Below are positions 50,330-59,079 of a DNA stretch of 64,000 bases, piece by piece (the stretch's first letter is position 1; the number at the start of each line of letters is the position of its first letter). The notes under the pieces are model-generated. The model was given only the letters and a program-made list of their open reading frames with translations, had not been told where the DNA came from and searched no databases. The DNA lies in sequence record LC739536.1; one strand, given 5' to 3'. This DNA comes from Escherichia phage phiWec187. A program made the translations under genes and the position numbers.

Positions 50330-50564
50330 AGTCTACTCCTTAGCGTACAAAGTTAACTTCTGCTTCTTTCAGCTTTGACACTTCTACATAACCACCATGA
50401 TCATCTTTAATCCATTCTTTTCCTTTACGGATGATAACAGGATATGTAGAGTGAGTAAGTTTAGGTACAGATCTTTTTGTTTTAGTGATAGAAATGTTTT
50501 GCATAGTAGTCTCCTTAGTAAATTTTACATAGAGTCTAGATTATTTAGTAGATAGAGTCAATAA

Positions 50565-50831
50565 CTAATTACTGTTAGATCTGTATTCTGTCTTCCATTC
50601 ACAATGGTAAACTTCAACAGGTTCTAACTTCCAATGTTCAGGAACTAATTCAGGGCAATATCTACAAAAGAGAAATAGATAGATAACTAAGACAGGTATT
50701 AAATAGTAAAATGGTATACGATCATAACCATACTTACGAGATAACATGTAGACATATAGATAGGGTATAACAATTAATCCTATAACTATAAGTAAGAAGA
50801 GAAGTATAAACCTTAGTGTAGTAACATCCAT
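50565..50831 (-). CDS. small membrane protein
   Basis: 88 aa; two hydrophobic helices. Confidence 0.35.
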   Translation of the reverse strand: MDVTTLRFILLFLLIVIGLIVIPYLYVYMLSRKYGYDRIPFYYLIPVLVIYLFLFCRYCPELVPEHWKLEPVEVYHCEWKTEYRSNSN

Positions 50832-50995
50832 AGTATTCTCCTATACAGTAATATACTCTGTTCCTGCCCCTCCATGAGTGACAGGAACAATATCTATAGA
50901 GAATACTAACTCGCTTCGCTCGTCACCTTTCAGGTTTAGGGTAGCATGTTTTTCTGAAAAAGTCAATACTCTCCACAAAACTTTACAAAATACTT

Positions 50996-51268
50996 TTACA
51001 TAGGTACAACAGAGTCTGTTTTGAAGTCGTACATATGATTTACACCTGTGATTTTTGACATAGAGATCGCACGTTTAGCACCTGCAATTACCTGGTCTGT
51101 CTTCTTAATCTCTTCACGGAACTTACGTACAGTTAAAGAGAAGAAACGATGATCCATCCATTGACGATTCACACGATCACGCTTGAAGTGACGGAAATCT
51201 TCAATCTGTTTATTACGCAATCGGCGCAGTACATGTAATAGTTTATAGTAAGGGTGTTTATTTTTCAT
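50996..51268 (-). CDS. hypothetical basic protein
   Basis: 90-aa ORF. Confidence 0.35.
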   Translation of the reverse strand: MKNKHPYYKLLHVLRRLRNKQIEDFRHFKRDRVNRQWMDHRFFSLTVRKFREEIKKTDQVIAGAKRAISMSKITGVNHMYDFKTDSVVPM

Positions 51269-51271
51269 AAT

Positions 51272-51700
51272 TTATTCTCCAAATCGAAAATCGTCAATAT
51301 CATCAAACCATACACAATGGCGAGTCCTTTCTTTTTCTGTTGCAGACATTGTTTCAACAGCTTTAGGACTAAGCACAACAGGAATGTAACGAACAGGTCG
51401 TTCATAATAGTAGCCATACTTTTCTGTATTAGCTGCCTCAAAGACTTTACGGCGTTCTTCAAGATCTTCTATGGTGAATCCTACCATATAACCATCATGT
51501 TTGCTACCCCATCCTTCCTCACTTTCAACAATTGGGATATAAAAGCCGTTACGCGTCCCTGACGCTGGTTCTTCTTGAGCCTGAAGGCAAGCCTCCCATC
51601 CTGCTTTAAAGACGTTATAGAGCGATTTACGCACGTTATGAGTGCCGCTTTCGCTTGCTGGATAGAGTTCATTAAATTTATCTTGGATTTGTTGTGTCAT
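51272..51700 (-). CDS. hypothetical protein
   Basis: 142-aa ORF. Confidence 0.4.
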   Translation of the reverse strand: MTQQIQDKFNELYPASESGTHNVRKSLYNVFKAGWEACLQAQEEPASGTRNGFYIPIVESEEGWGSKHDGYMVGFTIEDLEERRKVFEAANTEKYGYYYERPVRYIPVVLSPKAVETMSATEKERTRHCVWFDDIDDFRFGE

Positions 51701-51843
51701 ACTCGCCCCTTAGTGATTATTTGACCAGCTAAACAAATAGCTTGTAGTACAATAAAGAAGTAGCCTAATTTTACACTACCCAATACCCAGAATGCAATGT
51801 TTGCAAACAAACAAAAAGCAATATTAAGTCTAAAGAATAACAT

Positions 51844-52110
51844 TTAATCCCCTTCATATTTAGGTAAAGGCATATATGCCACAATAGGAGGGTAATCAAA
51901 GTGAAAATGATGGTTCACCACAATAATCTTACCAGACATACTTTTATGCACTTCACAATACCCTTTTTCACCATCTTCCATTACCACCACATACTCACCT
52001 AGTGGAATATCATATGGATCTTCTACTTTTACCCATTCTGTCATTTTGTAAACTCCTCGTAGTAAGGTAAAGCCTTGATCAGTTGTTCTGAAGTGCCATT
52101 TTGCACCCAC
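51844..52110 (-). CDS. hypothetical protein
   Basis: 88-aa ORF. Confidence 0.35.
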   Translation of the reverse strand: MGAKWHFRTTDQGFTLLRGVYKMTEWVKVEDPYDIPLGEYVVVMEDGEKGYCEVHKSMSGKIIVVNHHFHFDYPPIVAYMPLPKYEGD

Positions 52111-52208
52111 GTAACACCATTGTCAACAGAAACATACCCTTTTTTGTCAATAAATTTACGCAGACAACCAGTGAACTTATTTTTGTAGATAACCATCCTT
52201 ACTCCTTG

Positions 52209-52562
52209 TTACATCCACAGGTTATGAAAATACTTAGCAAACAAAATGCGACCTTCTAAACGATCTTGCCGCTGTTTTTCATTAACTTCTTCTGGTGGAG
52301 TTGAGTCCTTAAAAGAAGACTCCATTTTTTCAAGAATTTCTAACCAGTGTTCTGCTGCTCGTTCTTCCATATAAGGTAGATAGTCACCTTTAGCGTGTGG
52401 GTACATCCGACGAAGTAACCCACTAGGAATTTTAACATTGTTTGTGGCTATCACTTTTGCACGATACGCAGAAAGTGCATTGTAGATCAGTTTACTTAGT
52501 GTCACATCTAGATCAAGAAGATCACTCTCTTCAAATTGAATTTCATCGTGTACAATTTTCAT
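52209..52562 (-). CDS. hypothetical protein
   Basis: 117-aa ORF. Confidence 0.4.
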   Translation of the reverse strand: MKIVHDEIQFEESDLLDLDVTLSKLIYNALSAYRAKVIATNNVKIPSGLLRRMYPHAKGDYLPYMEERAAEHWLEILEKMESSFKDSTPPEEVNEKQRQDRLEGRILFAKYFHNLWM

Positions 52563-52573
52563 ATCACTCTCCT

Positions 52574-52864
52574 TTATAGTAAAACACGTTTTGCACTGCT
52601 TGGTGCATTGTCGAACATGTCTATCACTTTGTCAAGTTTGTGTATTAACTCGTTCGTAATGTTCCACTCTTTGTATGATCTCCATTGTTTCTTATTCTCA
52701 CCTACCTGGTGTAAAACTTTGATTGGTGCATTCAAACGTACATTGCGTTCTTTGTCCTCTTCAAAAGAGGCTAACCATTTTTCGTTATGCCCATGAACAG
52801 CAATAATAATGCCAAAACCATCAAAAGTTTCTGTAATATTCTTAGTTGCTAGTGTGATGTTCAT
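52574..52864 (-). CDS. hypothetical protein
   Basis: 96-aa ORF; first gene of the minus-strand block. Confidence 0.4.
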   Translation of the reverse strand: MNITLATKNITETFDGFGIIIAVHGHNEKWLASFEEDKERNVRLNAPIKVLHQVGENKKQWRSYKEWNITNELIHKLDKVIDMFDNAPSSAKRVLL

Positions 52865-52923
52865 ATCTAACCTCTTTTGTTACGATACACACAGAGTACC
52901 AGAAACTAATTTCAGATCAAGTA

Positions 52924-52951
52924 TTGACATACTGTTTTATTGTGCTAATCT
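52924..52951 (+). promoter_or_regulatory. sigma70-like promoter in the divergent region
   Basis: TTGACA at 52924, 16-nt spacer, TAATCT at 52946. Confidence 0.45.
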
Positions 52952-52983
52952 TAATGCATACACAAATGAGAGGAGATAAACGA

Positions 52984-53535
52984 ATGCAAAACACCGATCT
53001 GACTTGGGTAGAAGCCAAAGAAGCAATGTTAAAAGGTAAACGTGTTAAACATAAATACTTTTGCGAAGGGGAATGGTTTGAAATGCGTAACCGATCCATT
53101 GTAGATGAAAAAGGGAATGACATGCAACAATGGTTCAAAAATGAAATTTGGCAGGGAACAGGTTGGTCTGTAGTTGAAGAGCAGCCTAGCTCAAGCGCAC
53201 TGTTTAGCCCTATTATGTATCGCGTTATCGGTGCTTTAGTTGTTGATCACGGGATTGCAGTGGAAAAAGAATGCTGGGAAGAGGTATCTTTTTTCAACCT
53301 GGCTTCTTATGCAAAAAGCCATATGCACTTGTTTGAAGAAGGGGATGAATTTGTTCTTCGTATGCGATATGGCAAAGAATTCAGATTACCACTTGATAAT
53401 GATGTAGACACTGTTGTAAAATGGTTAGCAGAGCATTACGCTTACGATGCAATTTGTGGTCGCAGCTTCGGCAACGAACGCTGGGACATGATTTGTGAAA
53501 AATATGATTTTGAGCCGGAGTACGGAGTTTTATAA
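52984..53535 (+). CDS. hypothetical protein
   Basis: Start at ATG 52984 after GAGGAG. Confidence 0.4.
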   Translation: MQNTDLTWVEAKEAMLKGKRVKHKYFCEGEWFEMRNRSIVDEKGNDMQQWFKNEIWQGTGWSVVEEQPSSSALFSPIMYRVIGALVVDHGIAVEKECWEEVSFFNLASYAKSHMHLFEEGDEFVLRMRYGKEFRLPLDNDVDTVVKWLAEHYAYDAICGRSFGNERWDMICEKYDFEPEYGVL

Positions 53536-53786
53536 TGTTAAGTATCAAACCTAAAATGATAACAGCAGATGAAGCAGACTTTATTTTCAAATGTGGACGT
53601 GTATGGAGAGAATTCACAAAAGGGAATGAAGTGGTTGTTGTTGTCGAACACAAGATATCTATCCAGGATCTGTTTGGACAATATGTTGATGTTATTAAAT
53701 TAGGTATTGACAAGGGTTTAGTTGAGGTGTTAACATTAGATCAAGTTGAAGCAGAGCACCTCGATAAAGTGGTGGTTGAATTTTAA
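53535..53786 (+). CDS. hypothetical protein
   Basis: 83-aa ORF, start overlaps the previous stop. Confidence 0.35.
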   Translation: MLSIKPKMITADEADFIFKCGRVWREFTKGNEVVVVVEHKISIQDLFGQYVDVIKLGIDKGLVEVLTLDQVEAEHLDKVVVEF

Positions 53787-53994
53787 AATACAGACGGGAG
53801 AAAGGTATGAGTTTCTTTGTTACAGTATTTATGGCTATCTGGATTGTAGTCTCACTCGTTCTTTTCCTGGTGGGTTGTCTGGAAGAGATTAAGAAAGCGG
53901 TTATTTGCGGTTTCTTTGGCTTTATTATCTCTCCTGCCTGGATGTGGTTCTTCATTATGATTGGTTTCCTTAAAAGGTAAGTGAGGAATAAAGA

Positions 53995-54432
53995 ATGAGT
54001 AAAACAAACGCAATCGCAGATAAAGCAACGGATGTACTTCTGAACATGGTTAACGTCACTATTCAAACAATGAGTGATGTTGTGGAGTTTGGAAAACAAC
54101 AAATTCCAGAAGTAATCCATCAATTATTAGTGTGGAAAGCAGTATCCGCAGGTTTATGGCAACTTTTTAGTATTTGCTTTATGTTTATTACTTTTATTGC
54201 TGTGCGGAACCTCATAAAAGCAATTAAAGATAAAGAATGTCTGTGGTCACGAGATCGCTATGGTGAGGTATCTGCTTTGCCTATTGTTGGTCTTGTTGTC
54301 TGTGCTTTCTTTTTCTTTTTAGGATTTGTTATTTTCTTTTCGAATTTCGATTGGCTAAAAATTATTATTGCACCAAAAGTGTATCTGATTGAATTTGCTG
54401 CTGATTTAATTCGTTCATCTCAACAAAGATAA
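53995..54432 (+). CDS. membrane protein
   Basis: 145 aa with several hydrophobic helices. Confidence 0.4.
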   Translation: MSKTNAIADKATDVLLNMVNVTIQTMSDVVEFGKQQIPEVIHQLLVWKAVSAGLWQLFSICFMFITFIAVRNLIKAIKDKECLWSRDRYGEVSALPIVGLVVCAFFFFLGFVIFFSNFDWLKIIIAPKVYLIEFAADLIRSSQQR

Positions 54433-54445
54433 AAGGGGGTTTAAA

Positions 54446-55573
54446 ATGAAATACACGATTTATGGTGATATTGTAAGTGTAAATAAAGATATGGGCGTGG
54501 AATCTAACTATCTTCCACCTGGATTCTATACTGTTAGTCGTGATCCCCTTGGCAATTATTTTTTAAGCCGTGGTAATCTGACAGGTGTACCGGATGTTCT
54601 GTATGGTGAAACAGAAAAACGAGCAAATCACGTTATCCGTACATTCCATCGCCGGAGTGCACAAGGTAAAAACACAGGCTTGCTTCTGACAGGAACTAAG
54701 GGCAGTGGTAAAACTATGTTAGCCAAACTCATTAGTCGTGACCTTGTAGAAGAAGGTATTCCAACTATTATGGTTACTCAAGCCTACAGTGATGCTAATT
54801 TCATTGAACTTATTAGCAAGATCACCGACAAAGCAGTGATTATTTTTGACGAGTTTGATAAAGTGTATGAGAAGAAACAAGATCAAGAAGCACTTCTCAC
54901 TTTGTTAGATGGTACTGGCAGTGGTAATAAACTGTTTATTCTGACTAAAAACAGTGGTTTTATTTCTGAATTCTTTTTAAATCGTCCTAGTCGTGTGTTT
55001 TATAATTTTAATTATGATAAAATCTCACTAGAAACTATGATTGACTATTTAGATAAAAACCTAGATAACAAAGCACACTTTGATAATTTCCAAAGACTTT
55101 GGGATGTAAGTTTAGAGTTGTCCTTTGATGTGATCCAAGGTATAGTAGAAGAACTTAATTTCTACCCTGATTTATCCTTTAAAGAATGCATCTCTATGAT
55201 GGGCGTTTCTTTGGGTGGTGGTAATAAGTGGGATATCAGCAGCGTTGTTATTAATGGGAAACTTCAGAAAGTTAGCTGGGTATCTAGTTGGCATAACTTC
55301 ACACCTGCAATCTTTTTAGGTGGTTCGTGCACACTGGACGTGTACTTGTCATCTCCAAGTGATGCAGATTCTAAAGAAGCCCTTGCTAATAGCTCTTACG
55401 TGGTTTTTGATGATGAAGGCGATGCTCGAATTCCATTGAATGCGACAAAAATGAAAGCAGATCTTATTACAGGCGGTAAAATCGTTGTGTTTAGTGATGA
55501 TCCAGAAGATTCTTTCCGTATTGTTCTGGAACCAACTATCACCAATGGTGCAACTTTGGCAAGTGTGTTTTAA
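54446..55573 (+). CDS. P-loop ATPase, paralog 2
   Basis: Walker A GTKGSGKT, Walker B IIFDEFDK; homologous throughout to 37782-38942; terminator follows. Confidence 0.6.
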   Translation: MKYTIYGDIVSVNKDMGVESNYLPPGFYTVSRDPLGNYFLSRGNLTGVPDVLYGETEKRANHVIRTFHRRSAQGKNTGLLLTGTKGSGKTMLAKLISRDLVEEGIPTIMVTQAYSDANFIELISKITDKAVIIFDEFDKVYEKKQDQEALLTLLDGTGSGNKLFILTKNSGFISEFFLNRPSRVFYNFNYDKISLETMIDYLDKNLDNKAHFDNFQRLWDVSLELSFDVIQGIVEELNFYPDLSFKECISMMGVSLGGGNKWDISSVVINGKLQKVSWVSSWHNFTPAIFLGGSCTLDVYLSSPSDADSKEALANSSYVVFDDEGDARIPLNATKMKADLITGGKIVVFSDDPEDSFRIVLEPTITNGATLASVF

Positions 55574-55587
55574 GTAAGCCAGCAAAT

Positions 55588-55612
55588 AAAAACCCGCTCC
55601 GGCGGGTTTTCT
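55588..55612 (+). terminator. rho-independent terminator
   Basis: aacccgc-tccg-gcgggtt followed by tttc. Confidence 0.6.
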
Positions 55613-55647
55613 TGTATTGATGCCAGATTTAATAAAAGGAGTAGTAG

Positions 55648-56637
55648 ATGGCAGCACCAAAATCATGGGAACAATATAAAGAAGAGTGTATACCAATAGC
55701 AGAGAGTAAGCAAATCCAAATCTTAGGATGGACGGGACAATGGAAAGGGGTCCACACAAAACTTGATTTGTTGTGCCATTGTGGTTATAAATGGGATACT
55801 ACAAGTATTAACAGTTTTAAATGTGGTAGCGGTTGTCCACAATGTAGGAGGAAGAATATAAGGAAGTCACAAACAATGTCCGACGATCAACATATTGCAG
55901 ATTTCTTTTCTACAGGGAAATTTAAGGAAGGCACTATCTTCACTAACACAGGAACACGGGGTAAAGGATGTAGGAATATTATCTGGATGGTTGAATGTCC
56001 TGTTTGCTCTCATGATGAATATGTTCAAGCAGGTGTTTGTGATGGTAAATTTTACTCTGAAGGAGATAACCTTAAACGAGGGTATATTCCGTGTCGTTGT
56101 GGGAACTATCGGTATACAGAAGACCAGATCACCTATAGGGTAAAAAAGGAAGTAGAAGGGAAAGGGTATGTCTGGGTAGATTGGATTACCAAACCCTCTT
56201 CTATAGGTAAGTTTAAATATCTTTGTCTTGTGCATGGGGAGCAGATAGGGAGTGCTCATAATTTATTAAGCCTCGGTCGAGGTTGTCCTATGTGTGCTGG
56301 TCATAGTCAGCAGCAGTTATATATTAATATTGTTAAGGATGATAATATTATAGTTGCTCTTAAGTTTGGTATAGCTAAAGATAGTGATAGACGATTAAAA
56401 ATTCAAAATAGCCGTAATATGTTTCCTATGGAGCGTATTTGTTTATATGATTTTAGCACAGTAAAACAATGTAAGGCTGCTGAAAGAGCTATAAAGAAAA
56501 AATTAAAAACTGGTATTTTAACGGAAAGAGAGTTGAAAGACGGTTATACAGAAACAGTAAGTGTTTCTGATTTGGAAAATCTTCAAAAAATTATTACACA
56601 ATATGGTGGCAAATTAGTATACAGTAAGGAGATGTAA
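55648..56637 (+). CDS. zinc-ribbon-rich protein, possible nuclease
   Basis: Repeated CxxC pairs (CGSGCPQC, CPVCSH, CRCGNY, GRGCPMC); C-terminal YINIV...KFGIAKD is weakly GIY-YIG-like. Confidence 0.35.
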   Translation: MAAPKSWEQYKEECIPIAESKQIQILGWTGQWKGVHTKLDLLCHCGYKWDTTSINSFKCGSGCPQCRRKNIRKSQTMSDDQHIADFFSTGKFKEGTIFTNTGTRGKGCRNIIWMVECPVCSHDEYVQAGVCDGKFYSEGDNLKRGYIPCRCGNYRYTEDQITYRVKKEVEGKGYVWVDWITKPSSIGKFKYLCLVHGEQIGSAHNLLSLGRGCPMCAGHSQQQLYINIVKDDNIIVALKFGIAKDSDRRLKIQNSRNMFPMERICLYDFSTVKQCKAAERAIKKKLKTGILTERELKDGYTETVSVSDLENLQKIITQYGGKLVYSKEM

Positions 56638-57189
56638 ATGCGGATTACTGATAAGTATGTGTTCTTCTTTTCAGCAAAAGATGAATTTAGCAACTGGTAT
56701 CTATCATCTTTTATTGAACCTTTAGCACCCAAGTATAATAATTCTATTACAAGTTCTGTTGAATTTACTTGTGTGGAACAATATATGATGTGGAGAAAAG
56801 CATGTTTGTTTTATGATTACAGTATTGCATCTTCTATTTTAACCGGAGATCTAAGATATACAGGAGAAAAAGAACAAGCATATTATAAGCGACTAGGCAG
56901 ATTAGTTAAAGATTATGATGAAGATACCTGGACTTCTTTACGGGAGAAGATTGTCAAACGTGGTTTGTATCTTAAATACACACAAAATGAAGATCTCAAA
57001 AATAAACTTATAGCTTACGCAGATAAGGAGTTTGTAGAGGCAAGTCCTTATGATTCTATTTATGGTATCAAAATGGGGATGTGGGATCGGGACGTGGAAA
57101 ATAAGGATTGTTGGAAAGGACAAAATCTTTTAGGAAAATGGCATACAGACCTTGCTGTTTATCTAAAAGCCCACTCTGATATTTCCTGA
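56638..57189 (+). CDS. NADAR-domain protein (YbiA-like)
   Basis: FFFS...FSNW, EQYMMWRKA, EASPYDSIYGIKMG and GQNLLGK blocks match the NADAR/YbiA pattern. Confidence 0.6.
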   Translation: MRITDKYVFFFSAKDEFSNWYLSSFIEPLAPKYNNSITSSVEFTCVEQYMMWRKACLFYDYSIASSILTGDLRYTGEKEQAYYKRLGRLVKDYDEDTWTSLREKIVKRGLYLKYTQNEDLKNKLIAYADKEFVEASPYDSIYGIKMGMWDRDVENKDCWKGQNLLGKWHTDLAVYLKAHSDIS

Positions 57190-57405
57190 TATTTTGAAAA
57201 TTTTTATTTTTATAAAAAGGGGTGTGGGTTTCATGTACGGAAATTCACCCTCTGAATAATATATTCAGAGTAAATATTATTTTGTACTCTGTTAATAAAC
57301 TATTTAATTTGTTTGTTGGATTATGATATCTGGTTTTTAAAAGGCATACTATCTCTTAACTACTATTTATAACAGAACAGTAAAATCATTTTTATAAAAA
57401 GGACA

Positions 57406-57610
57406 AAATTATTTAAAGTTTTTACAGATTTTTGGATACAAATTTTGAAAATGAAAAGTTCAAGTTTGGTCAAAATTATTTAAAGTTTTTGTATGTATTT
57501 CTATCCAGATTTTGAAAATGAAAACTTCAATTTTTTAAAAATTCCCCAGTTTATTTAAAGTTTTTTTGCCTTTTTCCGTAGAAAAATCAAAAATGAAAAG
57601 TTCAATTTCG
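57406..57610. repeat. three tandem ~65-75-bp direct repeats
   Basis: Each unit carries tatttaaagttttt then, about 20 nt later, tttgaaaatgaaaagttcaa. Confidence 0.7.
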
Positions 57611-57629
57611 TGTTTTTATAGGTGTGCGT

Positions 57630-57745
57630 ATGATAATCATTCTCATTTGTAAATGAGAATGATTATCATTTAATTATGTAAGTGATAATCATTCTCACTA
57701 AGAGAATGAGAATCATTAGCAAATGAGAATTTTTCTCATTTATAG
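57630..57745. promoter_or_regulatory. cluster of Fur-box-like palindromes
   Basis: Perfect 19-bp inverted repeat atgataatcattctcattt / aaatgagaatgattatcat (57630-57669) containing AATGATAATCATT, an exact 13-nt match to the core of the E. coli Fur box GATAATGATAATCATTATC; two more partial copies to 57745. Confidence 0.5.
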
Positions 57746-58001
57746 AATAACGCGCAGGGGTGGTGTTTGTCTCGCGCTCCCGTGTCCCCTCGCCATACAA
57801 TAAGAATAGCATAACTAACAACAAAAGCAAGCAATTATTTTTATCTTTACATTTCTTTACAAATTTATTTTAGACGAGCTACCGGCGATCAACCTTCCAA
57901 CCAGTGCCCCCTGGTATGTTAGCCCCGCCTTTACGCCGTGGGGTGGCGTTTCCTCTTCTGTATGTAAAACAGTATAAGCCCGATCCCTGGGCTTGTCAAG
58001 A

Positions 58002-58268
58002 TTATTTTTTGTTTTCTTGCCAGGATAGGACACCTAACCAAAAATACATGTCGCCCCGCGCCCCTGGCGGGATCTTGCTTTCCCCGCCGCCACTGCAAGC
58101 CCATAGATAACCATTAGCGAACGGATCAAAGTGATCTATTTCTTCCACCTTATGATCGCCCAGGTTGAGAACGGTTTCAACCTTTAAGCCCGTTGCGCTT
58201 GCTACCTGGTGCGCCGTGCCGCCTTGCCAGCCTAATGAGTGCATGAGGTGTAGAGTAGTATTTGTCAT
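58002..58268 (-). CDS. hypothetical small protein encoded in a GC-rich island
   Basis: 88-aa ORF with its own promoter and 5' hairpin-RBS architecture (gcgcc-ctggtt-ggcgc, then caaagaaaggg...ATG); GC content far above the flanks. Confidence 0.45.
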   Translation of the reverse strand: MTNTTLHLMHSLGWQGGTAHQVASATGLKVETVLNLGDHKVEEIDHFDPFANGYLWACSGGGESKIPPGARGDMYFWLGVLSWQENKK

Positions 58269-58315
58269 GGTATCGCCCTTTCTTTGATGTGCGCCCTGGT
58301 TGGCGCGGTAGAAAG

Positions 58316-58344
58316 ATAATAGCCCTTTCCTTTATAGATAGCAA
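58316..58344 (-). promoter_or_regulatory. sigma70-like promoter for the 58268 gene
   Basis: Minus-strand TTGCTA, 17-nt spacer, TATTAT. Confidence 0.45.
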
Positions 58345-58380
58345 GCAAAAAAAAGAAATGAAAAAAGATTAAAAAAGGGG

Positions 58381-58409
58381 TTGACGTTCCTCACCTGGTA
58401 GCGTATTAT
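58381..58409 (+). promoter_or_regulatory. sigma70-like promoter (divergent partner)
   Basis: TTGACG, 17-nt spacer, TATTAT. Confidence 0.5.
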
Positions 58410-58536
58410 TCATCTTGTCGAGGGGGGCGAGGCACAACGACAATAAACAAAAGGAGGGCGCAATGTAGGACGGGCAAAGGTGAGGATCTCCATAATCCAC
58501 CGTCACAATAACATTACTTATAAAAGGTTGATAACG

Positions 58537-58632
58537 ATGATCAAGAAAGAAAACAGCTTGACGGTTGGAACGATTAACGCTATCATTCTTGCCGTTCCAT
58601 TTTGGATTGTAGTTGCGGTTATTATTTTTTAA
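58537..58632 (+). CDS. small hydrophobic peptide (31 aa)
   Basis: MIKKENSLTVGTINAIILAVPFWIVVAVIIF; below the ORF-track length cutoff; weak RBS. Confidence 0.3.
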   Translation: MIKKENSLTVGTINAIILAVPFWIVVAVIIF

Positions 58633-58640
58633 AAATATTC

Positions 58641-58668
58641 TTGACAACGTTTTTTAATCTGATAAGAT
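58641..58668 (+). promoter_or_regulatory. early promoter
   Basis: TTGACA, 16-nt spacer, TAAGAT; followed by the 58681-58696 hairpin. Confidence 0.6.
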
Positions 58669-58720
58669 GTATCACATAGGGCGGCAATAGTGCCGCTCAT
58701 AACAGAAGAGAGAAATAATC

Positions 58721-58993
58721 ATGGCATCATATAGCGCATCAATGATCGTAATGGGCATCACTGGTAAACCTATGCGCGGTGGCGGATCTTTCGCTAACAT
58801 CAATATTGATGGGCGTTTATCCCTGGATGCAGCGATCACCGTGGCACGGGAAACATTTAAAAAAGAATGCAATTTCAATAAACAAGATTATCTCGGTTTC
58901 GCTATTGAAAAAACCGCGCGCTTTGTGGATTATAAAAGCCCGAAAATGATCGACACTACACTAAAAGCGCAAGATGTAGCGTTTTTGCTTTAA
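58721..58993 (+). CDS. early protein, hypothetical
   Basis: 90-aa ORF with promoter, 5' stem-loop and RBS. Confidence 0.5.
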   Translation: MASYSASMIVMGITGKPMRGGGSFANINIDGRLSLDAAITVARETFKKECNFNKQDYLGFAIEKTARFVDYKSPKMIDTTLKAQDVAFLL

Positions 58994-58996
58994 GGC

Positions 58997-59024
58997 TTGA
59001 CACTGAAAAATAATTTAGTAATAT
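58997..59024 (+). promoter_or_regulatory. early promoter
   Basis: TTGACA, 16-nt spacer, TAATAT; hairpin ggcgggg...cccgcc at 59036-59057. Confidence 0.6.
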
Positions 59025-59079
59025 ATACCACGTAAGGCGGGGAAATGATTTCCCGCCAAATCAAAGAAAGGGTAATGCA

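Noticed and set aside
57860-57960. Possible tRNA in the GC-rich intergenic segment
   Set aside because: No acceptor/D/anticodon/T-arm cloverleaf could be built by eye; the nearest T-loop-like string (GGTTGATCGCC) is non-canonical. A tRNA-scanning tool would be needed to exclude it formally.
57904-58110. Plus-strand Pro/Arg-rich ORF in the GC-rich island
   Set aside because: Antisense to the promoter-equipped minus-strand gene 58002-58268, no RBS, and its composition is what GC-rich DNA gives in any frame.
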